From assembly GCF_009834535.1 (NCBI RefSeq), contig NC_045697.1, positions 72,666,001-72,730,000 of the forward strand: DNA of 64,000 bases, written 5' to 3'. A model generated the notes under the pieces. That model was not told the origin of the DNA. It ran no database searches and was given only the letters and a program-made list of their open reading frames with translations. Positions 51,831 to 62,720 of this stretch are shown piece by piece. The translations under genes and the position numbers were made by a program. This stretch comes from Camelus ferus (lineage: Eukaryota). Position 1 is the stretch's first letter; every line of letters begins with the position of its first letter.

Positions 51831-54039
51831 AATCAAGACGTGGCACCTTCGTTTGAAAGGCACAGACCTCTGGTACCTAAATGATCTTTCTGTCCACCTG
51901 TAATTGATTACCCAGCTGGTATTAAATAAAGCTCATAAGGTTTATGTTTACATATTTCAATTTAATTTAAAAGTTCAAATAACTTTAAAAACAAAATAGT
52001 AATATATTTGAATCTGTTCCTCTTCTCTGTTGTCCAGGAAAGCTTTAGGGAAGACCCAGAAAGTATTTATTTTACTTTAGTGTCTGTGGCAAAATTTGAC
52101 ATTTGCTTTAGGTAGTACTGGATTTGAATAACATTTAGGCATATATTTGAAGAGTTGTATGTGATTAATTCATGGTATATGACTATGAAAAAATAAATAT
52201 TTACACTGATATAGCACTCTGCATTTCTTCTCAAAGATTTTCTTCATTCATTATTTAAGTTTATACTCACCAAACTCTGAAAGGCAAAATTATCCCCATT
52301 GTGCAGATGAGAACACATTAAATTCATCTAGGCTACAGGCAGCAGAACATGGACAGAAGCTGGGCTCTTCAGGTCCTTGTTCAGAGACAAGGAGAAGAGT
52401 TAAGCCTTATTTTCACACTAGATGATAGTTTTCAGAAGATCCAGGATACATACTGCATAAGTGAAGACTCCTGGATTTAGAAAGGACAGAAGACATATGA
52501 ACTGCTAACTAGGTATCACATCACTTAGTTATAATTTGGAAGGTTGTGGTAATTTTCCTGAATATACACACAAGTTATATCTATACAAGCAGAGTGAAAT
52601 AGAAGTTTGATCAGTTGTCTCCCAAATGTTATTAAGTCAGGGACCATTAAGGTCATCCAGGTAATATCCCTTGTCTTATTCCTTAATGTTATTTTTTTGT
52701 TTTGTTTTTCATTTAAACCCATATTCTTCCTTTAAGCTGGAATTATTCTCTCTGCTTGAAGGAGAAGACATTATTTTCTACTGTTCTGCATTTGCCTGAA
52801 GAGCTTGTACAATACCTGGTTGACTGCTCTCAAAACTGTTAGGAATCTAGGAGCTTAAAGATGCAAATGTGTAAAAAATGCTTTTCAAACCCCAGCTTAG
52901 CTTTAGAATGTAGCTTGCTGAGAAAATGCTTATAGCAATGGGGTGATATTGTTCAGCTCTGTGAGATGCTCGCTGGAAACCTACAGTGTCATTGCTTGAA
53001 GAACTGGGTTTATTTATAGATGGACAATTACAAGTAGCTCTGAGGGCTGAAATTTTCTGAAAATATCCACTTATGTAGGTCTTCTGGCCTATTCATATAC
53101 ATACAAACAGGTTTTCTTGGCATGAGAGCCAGAGAACTGGTGCTAAACAAAATTGCGACAGTTAGACAAGATATACAATTACTAATGACCATAGTTGACT
53201 TTTGTCAGGTCTACTGGGTTTGAAAAATAAGTTAGTGGTGCTTTGAAAACCTTATGAAATATAATTTCTTGTACAAAATGCAATTAATTTTTATTTTCTA
53301 AAGAACAGAATTTAATGATAGCTCATCAGATATGGAATTTAAATATTACATGTTAAAAAACATAACCATATATACAAACATAAAGCATACATGTGTATAT
53401 GTTTATTATATAGTATCTAAATGATCTCTAGGGAGCCAAAGCCTGTTCTATGTATGTTATCAAGTTGAGAACCCTAACTTGACAAGGAGTCTATTTGTAA
53501 ATTAGAAAGTAGGGTTAGAAGGGTGTGATACTGGGAAGAATACTGAAGTGCCAGACTTGAATGTGGAAGAACATCTTGCTGTATATTATTTTTTAGTTAG
53601 ATTAGAATGTTGAAGACTTTGGGAGAGAATTTATTCAGGAGAAGCAAGTTTTATTTTCCTGAACTGGAAATTTTAGAGACAGCATGTATTATAACTGTGT
53701 TAATAGAAGTGTCATATTAGTACTGTAGGCTTTCTTGCATTACTGAGATTCAAGGAAAAATTCCATAACCAGTGAGTCAGAAATCTTGGCTTTTACTGAA
53801 AAATGATTAAATAAGAGGGAGAAGACTGCCAGCTAACTAATTGGCTGGACTTATGTGGACATTATCTTGAAAGGCCATGATGGGAAACCTGAACTACATG
53901 GTCAGACTTTAGAACTGTTTTGATCCAAAACTAATTTCCTCGAGTGAATAGTAAGAAATTGCTTTCTTGTAACAATTTCAAAAGGAATGAAGTACAGGAA
54001 AGAAGTGGGTTCGTCAAATGAAGGGCAAATGGTCTGATT

Positions 54040-54042
<3 letters not shown>

Positions 54043-54070
<28 letters not shown>
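54043..54070. repeat. (CA)n microsatellite
   Basis: Seen directly. Confidence 0.95.
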
Positions 54071-54079
<9 letters not shown>

Positions 54080-54378
54080 TGACATTAATCCCTCTATGGA
54101 GGGTAGGAGAGATTATGGGAAAATAAGAAAGAAAAATATTAGTGATCTTAATTTTTGCTTTTCAATATTTATTTTTATATTACTGCAGAAAAATTCTTAT
54201 CTTTATTCATCTTTAAATGGGGGAAATTGATATGTAGTGGTATATGAGCTATTTCAAAAGCATTGTAGAATAACCATCAATGAAGACATAGTTTGGAGGT
54301 TTCTGTTTATTCATGAGGCATTTTCTTCCTAATAAACAATGTTGGTGCTTCTTTAGTCCATTTAAGAAGCTCTGATAT

Positions 54379-54489
54379 TGGGGGAAGAGTATAGCTCAAA
54401 TGGTAGAGCACATGCTTAGCATGCATAAGGTCCTGGGTTAAATCCCCTAATTACCTCCCCTCCTCCAAAAAATAAATAACAAATTAAAA
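54379..54489 (+). mobile_element. tRNA-Ala-derived SINE (vic-1 type), internally deleted
   Basis: gagtatagctcaaatggtagagcacatgcttagcatgcataaggtcctgggttaaatcccc; perfect 15-bp TSD aagaagctctgatat (54364, 54490). Confidence 0.9.
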
Positions 54490-54625
54490 AAGAAGCTCTG
54501 ATATGACTGCACCTTCCAATCTAAGATTTAAAAAATGAGTTTGAACTGTATATCTATTGAACAACACAAGATAACGCAAAAGAGTGACAATGCCAAGATT
54601 TGTTTGCAATGATAACCATCATTAC

Positions 54626-55052
54626 TATTTAGAGCCTTGTTGAGAAGATGGAGCTGTCATCCTTTTTTGAGAGAAAATTGGCTAAGTTTAAGTGCCCTCT
54701 GAATATTCTGTAGGACCTCCTGTTTCTGTTGCATTTCCTTATTCTGTTCCCTGCAGTGGTGACAGCTGTGATGCAATTCAGTGCCCAGGATTTCAATTGC
54801 TGTATCCAGATTCTCAAACCATGTCTTAATTGCCTGCTATGCCTGAGTACTCTGCCAAGATACAGGAGGGCAGCAACAGGCCGGGAGAGGACATTTTCCC
54901 ATGGATTTGGCTTTAGCTGGTCCAGGCTCATGAGCTCTTAGGCTTGTTTCTTTTGTGACTGCTTTCCCCAGGAGGCTTCCATGCAACACAGTCATGAAAG
55001 TATCAAGAAGTACCAGAGTGAAGATGAGATTTCCTCATAAAAATGACTTTTT
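54626..55052 (-). pseudogene. Candidate pseudo-exon with hydrophobic and coiled-coil-like peptide
   Basis: Acceptor gtgtctattttcag|; ~142 codons with 3 stops: KKSFL*GNLIFTLVLLDTFMTVLHGSLLG...QA*QAIKTWFENLDTAIEILGTELHHSCHHCREQNKEMQQKQEVLQNIQRALKLSQFSLKKG*QLHLLNKALN; donor a|gtaatg. Confidence 0.45.
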
Positions 55053-55335
55053 CTGAAAATAGACACTAGTCTGTGTGAGTCATTGGTTCAGCATCTTATT
55101 AAAAGTAAAAGCTTCTATAAACCTCTTTCCTTTAATAGGAGGTACCTTTCTATTACATCTGAAACTGAAATTTACAGCTCAGAATATTCTAAATATGAAA
55201 GATAAATATAAAAGATACTAGGTATAGAAGATAGTTTCATTATTCTTCCCTTGGACAGAATTTCTCATCTTTAAAAGACATTAAACTATGTAGTTTAAAA
55301 TGTTAATGAAGTAATGTATGAAGTCATGATTAAAT

Positions 55336-57082
55336 CAATATCAATAGAATCAATATTGTTAGAAGGGTCTTACTGCCCAAGGCAATCAATAGATTTAATG
55401 CAATCCCTATCCAATTACCCAGGACATATTTCACAGAACTAGAACAAATCATAGTAAAATTTATATGGAACCACAAAAGACCTAGAATTGCCAAAGCATT
55501 ACTGAAGGAAAAGAAAGAGACTGGAAGAATAACTCTCCCAGACTTCAGACAATACTATAGAGCTACAGTCATCAAGACAGCATGGTATTGGTACAGAAAC
55601 AGACATATGGACCAATGGAACAGAATAGAGAGCCCAGAAATGAACCCACAAACTTTTGGTCAACTAATCTTCGACAAAGGAGGCAAGAATATACATGGAA
55701 TAAAGATAGTCTCTTCAGCAAATGGTGTTGAGAAAACTGGACAGCAGCATGTAAAACAATGAAGCTAGAACACTCCCTTACACCATATACAAAAATAAAC
55801 TCAAAATGGATCAAAGACTTAAACATAAGACAAGATATAATAAACCTCCTAGAGGAAAATATAGGCAAAACATTATCTGACATACATCTCAAAAATGCTC
55901 TCCTTGGACAGTCTACCCAAGCAATAGAAATAAAAGCAAGAATAAACAAATGGGACCTAATTAAACTTACAAGCTTTTGCACAGCAAAGGAAACCATAAG
56001 TAAAACAAAACGACAACCTACAGAATGGGAGAACATTTTTGCAAATGATGAAAACGACATAGGCTTGATCTCCAGAATATATAAGCAGCTCATATGACAT
56101 AATAAGAAAAAAACAAACAACCGAACCCAAAAATGGGCAGAAGACCTAAACAAGCAGTTCTCCAAGGAAGACATACAAATGATCAATAAGCACATGAAAA
56201 AAATGCTCAGTATCACTAACTATCAGAGAAATGCAAATTAAAACTACAATGAGGTATCACCTCACACCAGTCAGAATGGCCATCATTCAAAAGTCCACAA
56301 ATGACAAATGCTGGAGAGGCTGTGGAGAAAAGGAAACCCTCCTCCACTGCTGGTGAGAATGCAGTTTGGTACAACCACTGTGGAAAACAGTATGGAGATT
56401 CCTCAAAAGAACTAGGAATAGACTTACCATATGACCCAGTCATCCCGTTCCTGGGCATATATCCAGAAGGAACCTTGCTTCAAAAAGACACCTGCACCCC
56501 AATGTTCATAGCAGCACTATTTATATCCATGACATGGAAACAGCCTAAATGTCCATCAACAGATGACTGGATAAAGAAGAGGTGGTATATTTATACAATG
56601 GAATACTACTCAGCCATAAAAACTGACAACATAACACCATTTGCAGCAACATGAATGTTCCTGGAGAATGTCATTCTAAGTGAAGTAAGCCAGAAAGAGA
56701 AAGAAAAATACCATATGAGATTGCTCATATGTGGAATCTAAAAAAACAAAAACAATACAAAACAAAAAACACAAATACAAAACAGAAACAGACTCCTAGA
56801 CATAGAATGCAAACTTGTGGTTGCCAAAGGGGCAGGGAGTGGGAAGGGACAGACTGGGATTTCAAAATTTGTAGATAGTAACAGGCATATACAGAATAGA
56901 TAAACAAGATTATACTGTATAGCACAGGGACATGTATACAAGATATTGTGGTAGCTCACAGCAAACAAAAATGTGACAATGAGTATATGTATGTTCATGT
57001 ATAACTGAAAAATTGTGCTCTGCACTGGAATTTGACACAACATTGTAAAATGACTATAACTCAATTAAAAATGTTAAAAAAA
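55336..57082 (+). mobile_element. Young 5'-truncated L1
   Basis: ORF2 3' part ([22 protein letters not shown]...), 3'UTR nearly the same as the 44886-46166 copy, A tail, long flanking direct repeat. Confidence 0.95.
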
Positions 57083-57323
57083 AGGACAATAAACTATACA
57101 ATTTAAAATGTTAATGAAGTAATGTATGAAGTCACGATTAAATAATCTCTCTAATGTGTAAGTTTGAATGATAAGAAGGAAACAAGATGATGTCTATATG
57201 CTGAGGAGCTGTAGCTGCTGAGTGTTTATCATTAAGAAACCTGGGGTGGTCTGGAAATTGTTACTAGGACTTTAAAGTAAAAGCAAATATTCTGCAGCCG
57301 ACATAAAGGTAATGAAATATTAC

Positions 57324-57508
57324 CTTTGTAATCAGGTACAAATTCAGGCAAAAATATTAGAGCTCATTTACATATATGATTGTTCCATACAAGGATGGAC
57401 AAGGAGAGAATTTATTAGTGACATAGAAATTTTCAAAGTCCTACTTTTGTATTAGGTAAAGGTTCCAGCTTGGACTCAAGCTTTGTCCACCAAGGGGTCT
57501 GAATATGT
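57324..57508 (-). pseudogene. Candidate pseudo-exon (185 nt)
   Basis: Acceptor cctactctcttttccag|, donor aag|gtaata; the phase 1->0 frame has 2 stops. Confidence 0.3.
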
Positions 57509-58379
57509 CTGGAAAAGAGAGTAGGTCCACCATGCACCTGAGAAACTAAGGCTGACAAGCCTGACTCGGTAACAGGCTTTGTGGTATGAGGAGAGGTAGG
57601 ATGCTAGGAGTAAAAGAGGAGTTTTATTCAGATATATTATTTTTCTCAGACCCCTTTCTCTTTATACTTGAATCTTGTAACAAAGGCCAGTAAGGGGCAG
57701 CTGCAAGTAAAAACCAAAAGAGTGTTTCAGAAAAATCTTTGTAAATCAATAGTCTGCAAGTTCATCTAATTCTTACAGCAATCTTATAAAGTAGGTGCTG
57801 TTATTACTCCCCTTTTACAGAGTTTTTAAAGTTTTAAAAGGTCTAACACTTTTCCTACAATGCTATTTTAGTATCAGAGTATGTTCTTGAAGTTATGGCA
57901 GGCAATATTAAGATCACATGTATTTACTTAGTTCCAGAGTCTTACATTTTTCATGGAACAGTTATTGCCAGATACTGGGAATTGGTAGATCTATTTATAT
58001 TTATTTATTTATTTTGGGGCCTATCCTTATTTTCCACAAAGAACTTAATTAAAATTGCTTTTGATATTTATAATCTGGGAAACTCAAGGTTATTAGGAGT
58101 CAAGAAAGAGATTACAAGAGTGGCATGACAGAATATTTCTTTAAAATGCCTCTGCAATATAGGATTGTGAGAAAGAAAGTGAAATCAAACATTTCAGGCT
58201 TTGGAACTTCCATCCTACCAGGGAAAGATGGCTAATTTAAGGGAGTAATTGTGGAAGAGAATAGGTCCTAGCATGTTCTGATGGCTTCCAGTGGATTCTG
58301 AAGTGGAATTTTGGGGAGGAGTTTAGGCATTTGGGTGTGGGCGAGAATTCTCTATGGAGCTAAGTATGTTAAATAGGGT

Positions 58380-58476
58380 TTGTTTTTTTTTTTTTTTCCA
58401 GTGGAGGTACTGGGGATTGAACCCAGGACCTTGTGCATGCTAAGCATGTGCTCTATCACTAAGCTGTACCCTCCCT
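58380..58476 (-). mobile_element. tRNA-Ala-derived SINE (vic-1 type, short form)
   Basis: Minus strand: gggagggtacagcttagtgatagagcacatgcttagcatgcacaaggtcctgggttcaatccccagtacctcca + polyA; TSD ctaagtatgttaaata(a)gggt. Confidence 0.9.
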
Positions 58477-58566
58477 CTAAGTATGTTAAATAAGGGTCAA
58501 AGTTTGTTTGTTTGTTTGTTTTAAACTACAGTTTGCTCTGCAAACCTTTACCAGAGTTAGGAGATA

Positions 58567-59162
58567 ATAGAAACTATTGTGTTCACCTCTGTTTACGTCT
58601 GATGCTCTTTTACTCATTTGTTCTGCACTGGATCTGCAGGTGAACTCCATGTGCTCTCTTGCCCTCTTGCTTGCTGCTACACAATAGCAGCACCTGCATC
58701 CCTTGTACTAAAGCATCACCCACTACATGCATGGAGGCTCTGTCTCTTCACACTACATCCAAACTCAGATAAAGCACTGAACCAAGGGCCCGCAATCTAG
58801 CTTCTGCAACAGCTGACTGGAGGCACTGAGCAAGGGTCAACACTCTGGATCGAGCTTTGACCAATGAGATACAAGAGATGGAAAACTGGCAGATAAATTT
58901 CTTTCCCTTCCTCTGTCTGGAGGACTCTTCCAAGGCACAATGATTCTATGGAGGCTATCTGGACAAGTCCTTCATGATAAGAAACTGACCTTTATTTTCT
59001 TTAAAGCTATAGCCAGCTCAGTAATTCATTCCTTGCATTTGGTTTTGCTGTGTCACTTCCTTTTCTTCCGCATTCTTGATATTCTGGGATCGAATGACCC
59101 AGTAAAATATTAGTGGATTAGCTTTACCTCATTGCCGGTTTTCTGGGAAATTCTGGCTAAGG
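58567..59162 (+). mobile_element. LTR16-like ERVL LTR
   Basis: gaccaatgagatacaagagatgg...cagataaatttctttcccttcc...ttttctgggaaattctggctaag. Confidence 0.65.
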
Positions 59163-59164
59163 TT

Positions 59165-59940
59165 CATCTGTTCGTTTAGCAAATATTTATTGAATGAACA
59201 TTATTATTAAATGAATATTATCACTAGGTGTCTACTACATGCTAGGCAATATTTATCATGCTTAGGATGTTCACCAATGAACAAAGTAGACGAAAATCCT
59301 TGCCTCTGAGGAGTTGCTTTTTAGTAGAGAGAGAGAAAAATGAACAACAAACAGACTAAGAAAGTAGATTTTAATATATGATAGAAATGGATGAGACAGG
59401 ACTAGCTTAAACTTCTAGTGTTTCTTCTATCAGCCTCTTTCTCTTCCTTCCATTCCATCTTCTATACTACTGCCAATAATCTTTCCAAAATATAAACTTG
59501 AAGTCTTCTCTCTCACCATTTCCTCTTTTCCTTTACACTCCTGTGTTGAATTACTTTTAGTTTCTTTCCCACTGAGGCCTCTCCCAATACTGCTTTTCAT
59601 GGCTATGCCTTTGTTTAGTCTGCTGCCTTGGCTGGAATACCCTCTGTACTTTCTTTATCTACATAGCTAATCTGACTCAGTTTAGAATCATCTTTTCAGG
59701 AAACCTTATCTGACCTCTCCCCTCTGCTTCTCCCAGACTATTTAAGGGTCATTCTGAGCTCCCGTAATTCCCTTCTAAATATTTTTGTCATTACAATCTA
59801 TATTATTTTCTAAGTATAATTATTTCTCTCTGTGTGTCTTCCATTAATCTGAGAGTTCATTGAAGAAAGGGACAGTGCCATGCTTACTTTTTCATCCTAA
59901 CCCTTAGCATAGAACTCAATAATTTTGTTTTAAATAATGA
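59165..59940. mobile_element. L2 fragments (minus 59165-59390, plus 59420-59940)
   Basis: agcaaatatttattgaatg tail; tgccttggctggaatacc and gaaagggacagtg motifs. Confidence 0.65.
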
Positions 59941-60135
59941 CTAAAGTGAAATACATAGAAATGAGGTTCAAAGATTGTGAGGTATAGAAATCTCCCAATT
60001 AAGGTCCCACTGGTAGTGCTAGAGAACAGGATGTTTGGAGACGTGAAATAAGTAACATCAAAGAGAAGTAGCAGCAGGGTTTGGGTTGTTTCAGTGAGTA
60101 GTTGGCTTCAGTTTCCAGGCTCTGAATTAGACCTT

Positions 60136-60607
60136 GTATAGGTGAATTGCCAAAAATGGCTCCAGTTCTCCACCCCATTATCCTGTGATCATGCTTGTGT
60201 CTCTACCCTTTAATAAGTGGTGTCTTTTTCCTTACCTCTTGAATCTGGACTGTACTTTTACTTGCTTTGGCGAAATGAATTCAGTAGAAGTGACTGTTTT
60301 GAGCCTAAATCTCAAGGGGCTTTGTAGTTTCACTGCCTCTTTAGGCTTTTTCTTCTGTCACGAGAACAAGTCTGGAACAACCTGTGGCAGTGGAGGCAGG
60401 GCTGAGTCATCACAGCTGTGGCCAGTCCCCAGCTGACCACCAGCTGATGGAAGAAGCATGAGCAAGCCCAATCAAGATCATCTGGACCTGTTCAGACTAG
60501 CAGAAGTACCCACCAGACCCACGACTCAAGAAGGAGTAATAAAATGGCTACTATTTAAAGCTACCAGATTTGGGGGTGGTATATTACACAATGGCTAAGC
60601 GATACAC
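60136..60607 (+). mobile_element. MLT1 (F/G/H-like) solo LTR
   Basis: tgtataggtgaattgccaaaaatggctcc...tttgggggtggtatattacaca...gataca. Confidence 0.8.
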
Positions 60608-61547
60608 AACAGAAAGTGGCAAAGTTGCTTCAGGACACTCATTGTGGTACAATGTATTTTCTGACTTTTTAGAGAGTGACTTTATGGTTTTTGTAAAAAT
60701 AATACATATGCTCATTATAAAAAACTTCAAACAATACTGAATAATACAGAAAAAGTATAAAAATCACACCACCAACAGTTACATACCTGTTTATATTTAC
60801 TTCATAGTTACACATACATATTTCAAACCAGGTTATATAAAATAATAATATAATTTATAAATATAAATATTGCTTCTTTACATTTTAAGAATTCATTTTA
60901 TTCAAAGTCCTCGGTGGTGTATTTGGTATCAGTACTTTATTTTTTTTTCATTGTTGGAGCCACTTTCTGAGGGGCCTATCAGAGATTTCCAGAGAACATC
61001 ATGTTGACTGGAACAGCCTTTATCTGAGACACAGAACCCTGTGCTGTCACTAGAGACTTTTTCAAAAGTCTCAGTACATATTCCTGTGTTATTCAGGCAG
61101 TGGTTTATTCATTTACCCTGTAGGTATATATTTGTGATCTCAAAAATGTTACAACTAACTATATTGATTTTAAGTTTTTTAAAGGTAAATATTAATTGAA
61201 TAGTAAATGCTTTTTATAGAATGTATGCATGCATTTTAAAAAATTACTCAAAGAACAGCTAGTTTAAGGCATAAAATGTTACCTTTGTCTTCATACATTA
61301 TGTCTGATCTTCCTTCCCTGTCTCATATCCCTTTCTTCATTCTTGGAGATAAGTACCATATTGAATTTGGATTTCCCCCCCACATTTCTTCTTAAATTTG
61401 TTTGTTTACTTATTTATTTTAATATCAGGAATGTTATCCCTGAGATTCACCCTTGATATTGTGTATACCTATAATTCATAAATTCATTCATTTATATTGC
61501 TGTTTGACATTCCATTCCAGAAATACAACATGATCTATTTATCCATT

Positions 61548-62720
61548 TATATTAGTCAGGGAAATAATGCTAATTCCTGTCACAATCTCAATATCACAGT
61601 TGCTAAATGTAATATAAGTTTATTTATTTCTCATTTCACCATCTGATGTGGATCAGCTTGTGCATGTGGTGGGGTGAGGGGGAGAGTGAGGAGTGTCTGC
61701 TCCACATAGTCACCCAGAGATCTATCACAGATTATCATGAGGCCAAATACATGGCTTCAAAGGTATAACTGTATCACCCAATCAGCAGAGAGAGAAAAAA
61801 GGAGTGTAGAAAAGGCACACTTGCTTTTAACTACTTGAGACATAGAACTTCTGCTCATTCTCTTTGATGAGAAATAAAGGTCCCATTTTGATGCCTCCTT
61901 GCATCACCTAAAAATATGTGTTGTGTGTGTGCACGCAGAAGGGGAATATAATTGTTTAATGAGCACACAGTATTATTTCTTCCACAGTCTTCTAGTCATG
62001 AAATAAGCATTTTATTCTTACCCTCAAACTCACCTTTCTAATAGAGGCAATCTAAAGTCCAATCAAAGCTAAAAATCCACATCCTTATTCTTTTTTTTTT
62101 TTCATAAGGCTGTGTCTTAAAGGGCTTTGGTCTCTCAACAACTTTCTCTATGTTATGTCTTACTGTTTGGTTTCTGCAAATGATCAGGTTTTCTAGTTCT
62201 TCATGGCTCCAGATTTGTGAACTCTATTCCCTTGCAAGTCAGAAAACTCTCTCCTGGGCTTATCTGTTTCTCATAATAGTAACAGTTAGCTGCCCTTGTA
62301 TGATGGTAGCCAGTACACACTATTTCTTTTATTTTCTGTAACCATTTTCCATTATGTATAAGGCTCATTGTTTTTTTAGCCTCTGACAACAGTTTCCTCA
62401 CCACTCAAAATCTAGCTGCTCAGTTAATGACATGTATGTAAGGATTTCTTAAGGAAACATCTCATTTCAAAGTGCCAATTACTATATTAGTCAGAGTAAG
62501 CTAATTGTTGCCAAAAAAAAAAAAAGTCAATGTGCAAACCTCCGTGGTTTAATATGCTTATTTTCTACTCACATATCAGTCTAACTGGATGTTTGGTGGG
62601 TGACCGTTCCTGTGATAATAGAGGAGATCAGATTCATTTCTGTGGCACTGCCATCGTCAATGTGTGGCACATGTAGAATGGGAAGAGAATGTGGAAGATT
62701 GTATGTGGCCAATGGATCAT
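61548..62720 (-). mobile_element. MLT1 LTR - shortened internal - LTR remnant
   Basis: Two related LTR ends (tatattagtcag at 61548 and 62483) flank ~480 bp of internal-like sequence. Confidence 0.5.

Larger units (their letters stand above)
3097..57508 (-). pseudogene. Candidate degraded multi-exon (unitary) pseudogene, identity unknown
   Basis: About 20-25 minus-strand segments in non-repeat DNA bounded by Y(n)AG and GT donors (many GTAAG/GTGAG). Several adjacent joins are phase-compatible, and the frames are open or carry few stops. Found by eye with no homology evidence. Confidence 0.5.

Noticed and set aside
54379..54460. tRNA-Ala gene (also 23640-23779 and 58380-58476)
   Set aside because: TSDs, A-rich tails and disrupted stems identify these as SINEs.
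45214..56654. Long ORFs 45214..45726, 55572..56216, 55759..56097 and 56301..56654 as genes
   Set aside because: They are L1 ORF2 C-terminal fragments or their antisense frames within 5'-truncated elements.
3097..57508. Naming the ghost gene (angiopoietin-like, RGS22-like, C2CD6, CCDC162 and FAM186 considered)
   Set aside because: No diagnostic motif of any of these was seen, so no symbol is given.
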